Source of the DNA: Candidatus Brockarchaeota archaeon
GTDB taxonomy: Archaea > Thermoproteota > EX4484-205 > JAAOZP01
Length of the DNA stretch: 64,000 nt
Assembly (NCBI GenBank): GCA_017601345.1
Contig: JAFNIT010000001.1
Coordinates: 12,835-76,834 of the forward strand
Reading direction: 5' to 3'
This document shows positions 1-8,876 of the stretch, in pieces. Under the pieces are notes generated by a model. It was not told the origin of the DNA. It did no database searches and saw nothing but the letters and a program-made list of their open reading frames with translations. Numbering within the stretch: the first letter of the stretch is position 1; each line of letters opens with the position of its first letter. Made by a program: the position numbers and the translations under genes.

Positions 1-206
1 CCTGCTATCAAAACAATTTTTTCGCTGAAGGGTTTGAGGTTTCTGCAATTACCGCAGCCATTATCCAGTATGAGTCTGGAAACTCTGGCAAAACCCCTCA
101 TTATTAACATCTCTAGAAAAGGATCGGGGGCTGTTCTCGTCTTGTTGAATTCCTCCGCCACATCATTGTAAAATTCCATAGTCTTCTTCTGATACTCGAG
201 ACCCAT
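1..206 (-). CDS. Class I SAM-dependent methyltransferase, N-terminal part (runs off window; resembles Trm9/ALKBH8-type N-terminus)
   Basis: Manual translation from ATG at 206: MGLEYQKKTMEFYNDVAEEFNKTRTAPDPFLEMLIMRGFARVSRLILDNGCGNCRNL...; motif I ILDNGCG. Not in ORF track. Confidence 0.75.
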   Translation of the reverse strand, partial: MGLEYQKKTMEFYNDVAEEFNKTRTAPDPFLEMLIMRGFARVSRLILDNGCGNCRNLKPFSEKIVLIA

Positions 207-323
207 GTTGTTTCAAGGTCTCCACGAGTTATAAGCTTACAAAATGTTTAACATCTTTTACAGTAGACTATGTTTATAAGCATCTTAGCATAGAAGCTCT
301 AATAGTCTAGGCTGAAGAGGAAG

Positions 324-1316
324 ATGGTTAAGAAGGAGGAGGGGGAGAAGGCAGAGGTTTTCGAATCTATAGAGGATATTCCGGGCGTGGGGCCCTCCAC
401 CGCTGCTAAGCTTAGGGAGCTCGGTTATACTACGGTTGAAGCATTGGCAACAGCCACTATAAACGAGCTTGTTGAAGGAGGCATTTCCGATAAGATTGCT
501 GCCAAAATAATATCTTTAGCTAGAAGCAGTATTGAGGTTAAATTCGTATCCGCACTCGACATATTGAAGCAGAGAGAGCACATCCAGAAGCTTACTACGG
601 GGAGTAAAAAGCTCGACACCCTTCTTGGTGGGGGTTTAGAGACGATGACTATAACCGAGTTCTTCGGCGAGTTTGGAACCGGGAAGTCTCAGATAAGTCA
701 TCAACTAGCTGTAAACGTTCAGCTCCCCGTGGAAAAAGGAGGGCTAAACGGCAATGCTATTTACATCGATACTGAGAATAGTTTCAGGCCGGAGCGTATT
801 GTTGCCATGGCTAAGCATCTTGGCCTAGACCCGATGAAAACTGTAGAGAATATAACTGTTGCAGAAGCATTCAATTCGGATCATCAAATACTTATTGTCG
901 AAAGGCTAGACGAGGTAATTAAGAGCAAAAACGTAAAGCTGGTAATAGTCGACTCGTTAACGACTCATTTCCGGAGTGAATACTTGGGTCGGGAGAGTTT
1001 GGTTAAGAGACAGCAGAAGTTGAACGCTCACTTGCATAGGCTTGAACGTTTATCTAAAGCTTTCAACCTGGTCATCGTGGTTACAAACCAGGTTATGGCT
1101 AAGCCTGATGAAATATTCGGATTAGGCGCCTACCCCATAGGGGGGCACATACTTGCACATAGAAGCCATACAAGGGTTTACTTACGCAAGGCTAGGGGCG
1201 AACAAGGTCTTAGGGTAGCGCGTTTAATAGTTAGTTTGGATAGGCCTGAGGGAGAGTGTCTTTTTAAAATTACTGAAGACGGGATAGCAGATGTAGAAGA
1301 GGAGGCCTTAGAATAG
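324..1316 (+). CDS. radA: DNA repair and recombination protein RadA
   Basis: N-terminal HhH (IPGVGPSTAAKL), Walker A GEFGTGKSQ, YIDTENSFRPER, GGHILAH. Confidence 0.97.
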   Translation: MVKKEEGEKAEVFESIEDIPGVGPSTAAKLRELGYTTVEALATATINELVEGGISDKIAAKIISLARSSIEVKFVSALDILKQREHIQKLTTGSKKLDTLLGGGLETMTITEFFGEFGTGKSQISHQLAVNVQLPVEKGGLNGNAIYIDTENSFRPERIVAMAKHLGLDPMKTVENITVAEAFNSDHQILIVERLDEVIKSKNVKLVIVDSLTTHFRSEYLGRESLVKRQQKLNAHLHRLERLSKAFNLVIVVTNQVMAKPDEIFGLGAYPIGGHILAHRSHTRVYLRKARGEQGLRVARLIVSLDRPEGECLFKITEDGIADVEEEALE

Positions 1317-1321
1317 GGCTG

Positions 1322-2614
1322 TTAAGGCTCAAGTCTGAACCTATCTCTTGGATAGAGAACAACTTCTCTTATATTGTCTATTTTCAGAATGCTCATTAAG
1401 AGCCTCTCAAGACCAACTCCCCATCCTGCGTGAGGAGGCATACCGTATCCGAATGCTTTGAGATGGTAGGAGAAATTGCTGGGATTCAGGTTTTTTTCGA
1501 TCAACTGTTTTATAAGCTTCTCCTTATTCTCCTCCCTTGTACCTCCTGAACCCAGTTCCAATGGGCCATAGTTTAAGTCGAACGATTCTGAAGTGCCATC
1601 ACTATTCATCTTTATGTAAAAAGGTTTGGCTTTACTCGGCCAGTGAGTTATGAAGTAATATTCTTCCATTAACTCCTCAAGATTCTTCAACTCCTCGCTT
1701 CCAATATCGTCTCCGAACTCTACTTTAATACCCTTACTATTCAACTTAGAAATAATCTCGTCGTATCTAAATCTTTTCAAGGGGAGCTCGGGAACAGTTA
1801 CTTTTACTCCCAAAGTCTCTAATTCGTCTCTACACTTCTCAATTACTTTTTCATGTACGTATTTTATCATTCTCTCGCAAATAGACATCACGTCATACAT
1901 GTTTGCGAAGGCTACTTCAATATCTACAGAGGTAAATTCGTTTAAGTGTTTAGTTGTGTTGAAAGGTTCTGCTCTGAAAAACGGCCCTATTTCGAAAACT
2001 TTTTCAAAACCTATGACCATCTGTTCCTTAAAAAGCTGAGGGCTCTGAGCAAGGTAAGCTATCCTATCAAAATAGGGTAGTGGGAATAGTGCTGCACCTC
2101 CCTCTGTTGCGGAAGCTATTATTCTAGGAGTGATTATTTCAACGAAATCGTTTTCATGAAAAAACTCTCTTAGAAACTGTAGTAAAGCACTTTTTATCAA
2201 AAACATGCTTCTAACCTTTGGTCTAAATACGTCAAGGGGCCTAGCATCCAGCCGAGTATCTAAGCTGCTTTTTATTCTCTCAGTAGGGTCTAGGGGGAGA
2301 GGGTGCTCTGAAGCATTCAGAATTCTTACTTGAAGAGGATCTATCTCCAGCCCCCTTGGTGCTTGAGGCACCTTCTTAACTCTCCCAACGACTTCTATCA
2401 CGTCATTGAGCTTTATCTCATCCAGTATCGGCTCTACCTCAGGATTAGACTTGTTTCTAGCCCAAGCTATCTGTATTTTGCCCCAGCGGTCGGCTAAAAT
2501 TATGAATTTTATCCCTCCGAGATCCCTTCTGTCAAGAGCCCATCCATAGAGCTTAACGGTCTTGCCCTCGTCCTCCGGCTTTACGTCAATACTTCTCTTC
2601 CTATCATCCAACAT
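1322..2614 (-). CDS. aspS: Aspartyl-tRNA synthetase, archaeal type (probably non-discriminating)
   Basis: OB-fold anticodon domain, AYLAQSPQLFK, FRAE, YGMPPHAGWGVGLER. Confidence 0.95.
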   Translation of the reverse strand: MLDDRKRSIDVKPEDEGKTVKLYGWALDRRDLGGIKFIILADRWGKIQIAWARNKSNPEVEPILDEIKLNDVIEVVGRVKKVPQAPRGLEIDPLQVRILNASEHPLPLDPTERIKSSLDTRLDARPLDVFRPKVRSMFLIKSALLQFLREFFHENDFVEIITPRIIASATEGGAALFPLPYFDRIAYLAQSPQLFKEQMVIGFEKVFEIGPFFRAEPFNTTKHLNEFTSVDIEVAFANMYDVMSICERMIKYVHEKVIEKCRDELETLGVKVTVPELPLKRFRYDEIISKLNSKGIKVEFGDDIGSEELKNLEELMEEYYFITHWPSKAKPFYIKMNSDGTSESFDLNYGPLELGSGGTREENKEKLIKQLIEKNLNPSNFSYHLKAFGYGMPPHAGWGVGLERLLMSILKIDNIREVVLYPRDRFRLEP

Positions 2615-2628
2615 TTCTCATCATTCTC

Positions 2629-3123
2629 TTAAGCCTGAAACCTCACGTTGATTCCGATTCTTTTAGCTAGCTTCTCAAGTTTCTGTAAATACTTCTCCTC
2701 TATCTCTCTACTCTCTATCAAGACCTTGAACTCCGTCATGTTTCCAGGTAGCCACAACTTGCTTAACCCAGCTATTCTCATAGGATATACTAATTCCTCA
2801 AGCTTTCTCTTTTGATCCTTCTTATAATCTACTACAATTACCTTTTTACTACCTGTTTCCTTCATAATTTTTTCAACAAGATCCCTATTGTCCCTTAAAA
2901 TCCTTACACCCTCGTTATTGCTTAACAGAAGTAGGAAATCGTCCTCTTTATAGGCTTTTTTAAACTCTATTCTATCCAAACTCCGTATTCTACTAGTTTC
3001 CTCAAGAAGAACTCGGGAAACTACTAAATCTAACTCATCGTTTTTACCACTATCCAGAAGCTCCTTGCATTTCTGACATAGGCTTCCGCTTTTCGCACAG
3101 AAATCGCAGAAAGGTATTTTCAT
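2629..3123 (-). CDS. NusA-like KH-domain protein with N-terminal Cys cluster
   Basis: MKIPFCDFCAKSGSLCQKC start and LSKLWLPG segment typical of the archaeal NusA paralog family. Confidence 0.65.
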   Translation of the reverse strand: MKIPFCDFCAKSGSLCQKCKELLDSGKNDELDLVVSRVLLEETSRIRSLDRIEFKKAYKEDDFLLLLSNNEGVRILRDNRDLVEKIMKETGSKKVIVVDYKKDQKRKLEELVYPMRIAGLSKLWLPGNMTEFKVLIESREIEEKYLQKLEKLAKRIGINVRFQA

Positions 3124-3238
3124 ACGCTACCTTTGACTTGAAGAATGCTTTTTAAATCTTCCCGTTTTAAAGCTCTGCCTGAGAAAGATAAACGGTGGGT
3201 AAATCTTTAAAAAACTCGGGGCTGGCTGAGAAAACGGT

Positions 3239-3409
3239 ATGAAGATAAGCGACCCTGTGTTGATAGAAATTGTAAAGAGGCGGAGGCTCCGCTTCATGAT
3301 ATGCAGAAATTGCGGGGCAAGGAATGCGATTACTGCCAAAAAGTGTAGGAAATGCCACAGCAAGAATTTAAGGCCCAAGAGGACTGAGATAAGGGCTAAG
3401 AAAGGATAG
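3239..3409 (+). CDS. rpl40e: 50S ribosomal protein L40e
   Basis: 56-aa ORF missed by track: MKISDPVLIEIVKRRRLRFMICRNCGARNAITAKKCRKCHSKNLRPKRTEIRAKKG. Confidence 0.95.
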   Translation: MKISDPVLIEIVKRRRLRFMICRNCGARNAITAKKCRKCHSKNLRPKRTEIRAKKG

Positions 3410-3460
3410 ACTATTAAAAGGGGAAAAAGAATATAAGAGTATTCTTGTAATCAAGCTAGT

Positions 3461-3548
3461 GGGCCGGTCGTTCAGATGGTTAGGACGCTGCCCTCACACG
3501 GCAGAGGTCGCCGGTTCGAGAAGAACTTCGAAAATCCGGCCCGGCCCA
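3461..3548 (+). tRNA. tRNA-Val(CAC) with 14-nt intron in the T-loop (3521-3534, position 59/60)
   Basis: Acceptor GGGCCGG/CCGGCCC-A, anticodon arm CTGCC-CTCACAC-GGCAG, insertion in T-loop with TTCG/CGAA central helix; TATA-like ATATAAG upstream. Confidence 0.93.
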
Positions 3549-3669
3549 TTTCTCTTTAGTTTAACACCCAGCAGCATCTCCACGCGTATTGTTCATTAGG
3601 CTATTAGTCTTTTTCTATTGTGAAGACTGGGATGAAGCATTTGATCCAATGTTTCAAATCTTTGAAAAA

Positions 3670-4926
3670 CTAGACAGTATAGCTTTCTCCGAGTTTGGGA
3701 GCAAATGCCTTAAGCCCCAGAACTCTTCTTGCATATTCTGCAAGCCTTTCACAGTTTTCCGATTCACCGTGGACGATGAAAGTCGTGTCAGCATTAATCT
3801 TCTTAATCAGCGCTTCGAGCTGGCTCTTACCACTGTGGGAAGATAACTCGAAGTGTTTTATTTCAGACTTTACCCTAACCAGTTTCCCATCAACTGTAGT
3901 CACTCCCTTCTCCAATAGGAGCCTTCCAGGAGTCCCATCCACTTGGTAGCTGACAAAAGCTATTAGATTCTTCTTAGAATCTCCTACTTTCTTCAAATAG
4001 AAGTTTACTGGTCCGCCTTGCAACATGCCTGCCGGGGTAACTATTACCCCTGGATTCTTTAAGGCAGACTCCCTCTGCCTCTGAGTATTTATCCATATCA
4101 CTTCGCCAGCTGCCTTCTCCAAAAGACTCGGGTTAGATAGCCATTCTGGGAAATCGAGCAATATCTGCGTCACTGTTCTAGCCATACCGTCGTAGTAAAC
4201 TTCATATGGAAACGAGTATTTAGCGAGTATCGTTATAACTTCCTGAGACCTTCCTATTCCGAAAGCAGGTACTAACGCTATGCCTTTCCTTTCAACGACT
4301 TCTTCAAGCTTCTCGACGAATTCCTTCTCGATATCCTCCCTCACTGGATGATTCTTATTAGCATAGGTACTTTCTACAATTGCTATGTCTATGGGAGGAT
4401 AGTCTGTAAAAGCACCCTTAAGCAAGGTGGTTTCAACAGTATTAATATCACCTGTGTAAAGTATCCGCCGCCCCTTAAACTCGAGCATGACTTGGCCTCC
4501 TCCAGGAGCATGACCTGCCGGAAGAAATGTCAGTTTGAACCCGTTCTTTGAAGCCTCCTGATGGTAATTAAGTTTTTCAGACTTCTCCACGAATTTATCT
4601 ACTTCAAGTATTTCAAAGGGCAATGCTCCTTTAGACACTCTTATGAAGTCTAATAGGATGAGCTTCGCCAATGGGGCGGTCAGCGTGGTTAGAAAGGACC
4701 TTCTCCCTAAGCCTATGAAGAAAATAGGGGCAGCTCCAACATGGTCTAGGTGGGCGTGAGTAATAATTATTTCATCTACTTCTCTTGGAGGAATATGCAT
4801 CGGATACTTTACTTCCCTTCCTGAAAGCATGACACCCGCGTCTAGGAGAAAACACTTCCCTTCGTCCGCTAAATATATGGCAGACCTTCCTACTTCGCGA
4901 ACACCCCCTAAAAATTTTATAAGCAT
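3670..4926 (-). CDS. Metallo-beta-lactamase/beta-CASP ribonuclease (aCPSF-like, no KH domains)
   Basis: FLGGVREVGRS, THAHLDHVG, AGH, YTGD, VESTY, SSHS; start moved to ATG at 4926. Confidence 0.9.
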   Translation of the reverse strand: MLIKFLGGVREVGRSAIYLADEGKCFLLDAGVMLSGREVKYPMHIPPREVDEIIITHAHLDHVGAAPIFFIGLGRRSFLTTLTAPLAKLILLDFIRVSKGALPFEILEVDKFVEKSEKLNYHQEASKNGFKLTFLPAGHAPGGGQVMLEFKGRRILYTGDINTVETTLLKGAFTDYPPIDIAIVESTYANKNHPVREDIEKEFVEKLEEVVERKGIALVPAFGIGRSQEVITILAKYSFPYEVYYDGMARTVTQILLDFPEWLSNPSLLEKAAGEVIWINTQRQRESALKNPGVIVTPAGMLQGGPVNFYLKKVGDSKKNLIAFVSYQVDGTPGRLLLEKGVTTVDGKLVRVKSEIKHFELSSHSGKSQLEALIKKINADTTFIVHGESENCERLAEYARRVLGLKAFAPKLGESYTV

Positions 4927-5008
4927 TTTCTTAATCCTCTTTTTATCAAGCATCCACTTCACACCCTTATTTAAGGTTTAATAGGGAGGGGTATAATCTT
5001 ACTGGAAG

Positions 5009-5644
5009 ATGCTGAAAAAGATTCTAAATAACAGAATTGGAACTGCTGATTGTATGATGATATGTTTGCCTGGTATCGGTCTAGTAGGCTCCTTAACCGG
5101 AGAGCTCTTAACTGAATCCGCTTCTGAAAATACTCCGGTGTTAGAATTTTACCCAGAATCGCTTCTCTACGTTTCAGTAGCATCTAAGGAGGGGCTAATA
5201 GCCCTGCCTAAAATAAGCGTTAACAAAGTTCGTTTAATAGAGATAGGAGATCTACTAATAGTTAGAGGAACTTCACAACCTACTGTTCAAATCAACCAGT
5301 ACGAGTTGGCTGAAAACCTTGTTGAGACTGCTGAGAAACACGGTGTTAAGATCGTTATTGGTGTAGGCGGATACGCTATCCCACACGTAGGTGATAAAAG
5401 AAAGGTATATCTCTCCTCATCTGATTGGCGGGCCTCTATGATCGGGGCTTCATTAGGGTTTTTACCGCTGAGGGGGACTGTTGTCGGCGCCGCCGGTTTA
5501 GTTCCGGGCCTCGCAAGCCTGCATGGTTTAAACAGTGCATGCATACTTGTTGAAACGAAGGGTGAAGGAGCTGATTTAACAGCTGCTCAAACCGCGTATA
5601 GTAATATTAAGAATTTCCTTAAAAAATATTTGAAGGAAGCTTAG
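5009..5644 (+). CDS. PAC2-family proteasome assembly chaperone-like protein
   Basis: LPGIGLVGSL, IGVGGY, VVGAAGLV, CILVET motifs. Confidence 0.85.
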   Translation: MLKKILNNRIGTADCMMICLPGIGLVGSLTGELLTESASENTPVLEFYPESLLYVSVASKEGLIALPKISVNKVRLIEIGDLLIVRGTSQPTVQINQYELAENLVETAEKHGVKIVIGVGGYAIPHVGDKRKVYLSSSDWRASMIGASLGFLPLRGTVVGAAGLVPGLASLHGLNSACILVETKGEGADLTAAQTAYSNIKNFLKKYLKEA

Positions 5645-6060
5645 AACTCTGAAATCTCTTTAACAAATTCATTATATATCTCGCTGACCTTTTCCGCAGC
5701 AAGGCCGCTTCCTTCTACAACACCGTTTTCAGTAACCCTTATTCTATTCATTACTATTATTACCCCTGCTTCCTCATTATACTGCACCATTTTAGGAAAT
5801 ACCCTTTCTATTCTCTCCGCCAGTTTCCTCAGGTCGATGATTGCTCTTTTAAGCTCTATTCTTTTTACATCTCTACCATTAAGTATAATTTTTGGCAACA
5901 CACCGCCTCCTTTTAGCTCTACGTTATTCAGAATAACCGAAAAAGTGTCTATGTCTAGAGATGCTAAAACTCCAGAAAATTCTTCACCACCCTGAGTAAC
6001 CACGACAACCTTTTTCCCTATCAAGCGGTTGACTTCTGTTGTGAATCCCGTCCTCATCAT
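5641..6060 (-). CDS. Lsm/Sm-like RNA-binding protein with C-terminal extension (SmAP3 type)
   Basis: Sm fold (IGKKVVV..G.L...D, ILNG) plus Lsm_C-like tail FPKMVQY...IRVTENGVVEGSG. Confidence 0.85.
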   Translation of the reverse strand: MMRTGFTTEVNRLIGKKVVVVTQGGEEFSGVLASLDIDTFSVILNNVELKGGGVLPKIILNGRDVKRIELKRAIIDLRKLAERIERVFPKMVQYNEEAGVIIVMNRIRVTENGVVEGSGLAAEKVSEIYNEFVKEISEF

Positions 6061-6176
6061 TTTAACCCATTTTTACACTTCACCCCCTATTTTTAATACT
6101 TTCTGAAGCACGTTATTTACTTTAGAGCATAATTCTATTTCATAGCAGCTTTTATCGATTAACAGACTATCTTACT

Positions 6177-7106
6177 TTGAAGATGCGCCAAGAAGTAGTC
6201 CAAGACTTTACGAAATGCCCTAACTGTAACTCCCCTATTATAAATTCGGATAATGAGCTTGTTTGCAGCAGATGTGGTCTAGTTGTCAGTGCTTCAAACA
6301 GATATGTGGCCTATCCAAGTCCGAATCACATTATTCAAAAAGAACCTCATTACGGGAGCACTATTATAGAGAGAAACTCTCTTAGAAAAATATCCAGCCT
6401 CCAAAAAAGCATATCTTCCCCTAATAAAAGCGAAAACGAATTAAAATGGTTAATAGATAAATTGTGTGATACATTTCATTTAGGTCCCTCAATAAGACTG
6501 GAATCGCATCGGATTGGTTTAAGTCTGCTTCATGCATTCAGACAAAATCATGAGAGACCTAATAGAGCAGCTATTGCAACATATTCTGTAGTTACTGCAG
6601 CAAGGTTTCACGGCTTAAACACAACTCTTCATTACAAGAAGATAAGAACATATTTGCAAAGCATAGGTCTTAAAGTTAAAACCAGGGATGTTCTTCAAGT
6701 AATATCTGCAGCAAGAGGAATAGGCCTTATGGAAGCGAGAAATGATGCCGACAATACAATTATTGAAATTACGTCTATGATCATGAGGAATAATAGCCGT
6801 CTGGAAAAGCTTAAGCCTGAAGACAAAGTCAGTTTTATCAATCATCTTAGAACAATCTCATTCAGAATTCTCAAAGATTTAAGAGCCAAACATTATTTTT
6901 TTAGAAGCAAGAACCCGATGATATGCATAGCTTCTATAATTTACGCAGCATCTAGAGAGGCGGCATCAATCTTAAACATCAAAAACCCTGTTACTCAAAG
7001 GGAATTAGCAGAGTACATAGGGTATGCAGAATACAGTGTTAGAGAAACTTATGAGGAATTGTTTGGAAAAAGTTCATCAATATTCGATTCTTCACAGATT
7101 TCTTGA
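6177..7106 (+). CDS. Divergent transcription initiation factor IIB (TFB) paralog
   Basis: Zn ribbon CPNC...ELVCSRCGLVV, two cyclin-like repeats, C-terminal HTH TQRELAEYIGYAEYSVRETY. Confidence 0.8.
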   Translation: MKMRQEVVQDFTKCPNCNSPIINSDNELVCSRCGLVVSASNRYVAYPSPNHIIQKEPHYGSTIIERNSLRKISSLQKSISSPNKSENELKWLIDKLCDTFHLGPSIRLESHRIGLSLLHAFRQNHERPNRAAIATYSVVTAARFHGLNTTLHYKKIRTYLQSIGLKVKTRDVLQVISAARGIGLMEARNDADNTIIEITSMIMRNNSRLEKLKPEDKVSFINHLRTISFRILKDLRAKHYFFRSKNPMICIASIIYAASREAASILNIKNPVTQRELAEYIGYAEYSVRETYEELFGKSSSIFDSSQIS

Positions 7107-7552
7107 CGAAGAAAATGTACTATATTGCTACTACGCCTAATTGAGAAAAATCCTTCACAGTCTTCTGCATAAGCCTCAACGGCTATTTGGATAACGTATT
7201 CTTCAGTATTATTGAGGAAAACAATAGAGTTTTCAAAGCGGATTTTTAATCCGCATTCTTCTAAAAATCCTTTGGTTTTTGAAACTTTTTCTATTAATTT
7301 TTCAATCCTCTTTTCTAAGGTTTCCCTCATAATTGAAAAATTCCCTCTCGAACCACTTATGCTATCATCCAGAATTGTGCTAATGCTTTTAAAGAAATCA
7401 TCTATACAGGAGTCAGCGATGATCGCTTTCCTTTTTTGTTTTAAGAAATTTACTGAAAGCTCAACGTTTACTAAGAGCATGAGGTTTACTGCAAGTAGAA
7501 CAATCATCATGAGAATTGAAAAAAACATTATAATAAGCCAGGTTTTAATCAT
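7049..7552 (-). CDS. Membrane-anchored protein, putative minor pilin/accessory
   Basis: N-terminal hydrophobic helix; operonic with neighbours; next to pilus ATPase locus. Confidence 0.5.
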   Translation of the reverse strand: MIKTWLIIMFFSILMMIVLLAVNLMLLVNVELSVNFLKQKRKAIIADSCIDDFFKSISTILDDSISGSRGNFSIMRETLEKRIEKLIEKVSKTKGFLEECGLKIRFENSIVFLNNTEEYVIQIAVEAYAEDCEGFFSIRRSSNIVHFLRQEICEESNIDELFPNNSS

Positions 7553-7937
7553 TTCTAATCCCTATCGTAAGATACAATACATCTTCACCCACGATCTTTA
7601 AGACTTTGACATATCTGACCTGCTCCAAAGACTCTATTGAAACTTCCTCATTCCTTATTGTGATCCTCCCATGCTTCTCGCTGGAAAGCTCTATACTCAC
7701 CCATTTCACTTCATCAGAATTTAGAAACTTAATCAATTTATCAAGCATATTTTTAATCTCATGTTCTCGGTCAAGTATTGTAAGTGCATTAACCTCTATT
7801 CTCAAATCCTCATCGATATCGGATAATGATTTAAATTTCAACCTCAAATATTGGGAAGCAGCAACTACGGGTATAACTAGAAAGAAGCTTAAGATTATTG
7901 CTAATATACTTTCCCAAGAATCCATAGTATTTTTCAC
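7545..7937 (-). CDS. Membrane-anchored protein, putative minor pilin
   Basis: MDSWESILAIILSFFLVIPVVA hydrophobic N-terminus; GTG start overlaps upstream TGA. Confidence 0.5.
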   Translation of the reverse strand: MKNTMDSWESILAIILSFFLVIPVVAASQYLRLKFKSLSDIDEDLRIEVNALTILDREHEIKNMLDKLIKFLNSDEVKWVSIELSSEKHGRITIRNEEVSIESLEQVRYVKVLKIVGEDVLYLTIGIRND

Positions 7938-8065
7938 CACCTTTTGATGAAATCCATTATAATAGATATATTATGTAAGGTAAGCAAAAGAGCTAAACCA
8001 AGTTCGATTATTATCAGCAAGACTACGATTGAGGAGAATAGTGATTCAAGTAGCTTATCGCTCAT
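7934..8065 (-). CDS. 43-aa hydrophobic peptide, putative pilin-like
   Basis: Missed by track: MSDKLLESLFSSIVVLLIIIELGLALLLTLHNISIIMDFIKRW; overlaps both flanking ORFs. Confidence 0.55.
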   Translation of the reverse strand: MSDKLLESLFSSIVVLLIIIELGLALLLTLHNISIIMDFIKRW

Positions 8066-8453
8066 GTCTAGTAAATACAACCTCCCTACCTGATGCTTTG
8101 ACAAAATATTTGCCTCCGGGTTCTAAAATAACTCTATTAAAGTAATAATATTCCTCTTCTCCCTCGAAAACACAGATTCCATGAACAATGATGTAATACT
8201 TGTTGCCGTCAAGCATAATGGAATAATTAATTAAGGGGGGATTTGGCATTAACAGAGTGAAAGCACATCCATGTTTCTCCGAGAGGATAGCGTATTGTTT
8301 TATTACTAAAAATATGCTTTCAAAGATATTTTTTAATGAACCAGTTTTCAGAATGTAAGTGGTATTAAAAATAACAATTCCTATTAGAAATGACGTAAAA
8401 AGCCATGAAGCATCTTTCAAATGCTCTTCAAGTATTTCGCTCAATGACCTCAC
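8055..8453 (-). CDS. Membrane-anchored protein, putative minor pilin
   Basis: N-terminal hydrophobic segment followed by beta-rich region; same operon. Confidence 0.5.
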   Translation of the reverse strand: MRSLSEILEEHLKDASWLFTSFLIGIVIFNTTYILKTGSLKNIFESIFLVIKQYAILSEKHGCAFTLLMPNPPLINYSIMLDGNKYYIIVHGICVFEGEEEYYYFNRVILEPGGKYFVKASGREVVFTRHER

Positions 8454-8458
8454 CCAAG

Positions 8459-8641
8459 TTAGCTAGCAACCAGCTTAACTACGGCATCGTATATTTGCTT
8501 GAGCATAGGAACTACTTGATCAAGCAAGTAAGCAATACTGATTCCAAATATTATTGTTGAAAAAAGTACTATCAGACTTTTCTCTAACAGATTACCCATC
8601 TCTCTAAACCTCCCAGTTTGAAATTTTCTTTCATTATTCAA
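8459..8641 (-). CDS. Short pilin-like protein (alternative start at 8599)
   Basis: RFREMG-NLLEKSLIVLFSTIIFG resembles class III signal plus hydrophobic helix. Confidence 0.5.
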   Translation of the reverse strand: MNNERKFQTGRFREMGNLLEKSLIVLFSTIIFGISIAYLLDQVVPMLKQIYDAVVKLVAS

Positions 8642-8729
8642 CAGAAATCTCTATAAGAATGCTTATAACCTCCAATGCGCGTCAATATTGGCGGATAAAT
8701 ATTCTTTTTAAAAGTTTGGAATAGAAGTG

Positions 8730-8876
8730 ATGTCAAAAGACGATCTATTAATTAATGCAATAATTCAAGAAATAGAAGATTTGAAGATTAGTCTAAGCAA
8801 GCTCAACAATAGGGTTTTAAGCTTAGAGAAAAAGTATCGTGAGCTAAGCAATTTCCTAAAGGTTGTCTACAGATGA
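8730..8876 (+). CDS. 48-aa coiled-coil peptide preceding pilus ATPase
   Basis: Missed by track: MSKDDLLINAIIQEIEDLKISLSKLNNRVLSLEKKYRELSNFLKVVYR; ATGA overlap with next gene. Confidence 0.6.
   Translation: MSKDDLLINAIIQEIEDLKISLSKLNNRVLSLEKKYRELSNFLKVVYR

Noticed and set aside
3127-3378. Minus-strand ORFs of 83 and 63 aa in the track
   Set aside because: Antisense shadows of rpl40e, which is on the plus strand
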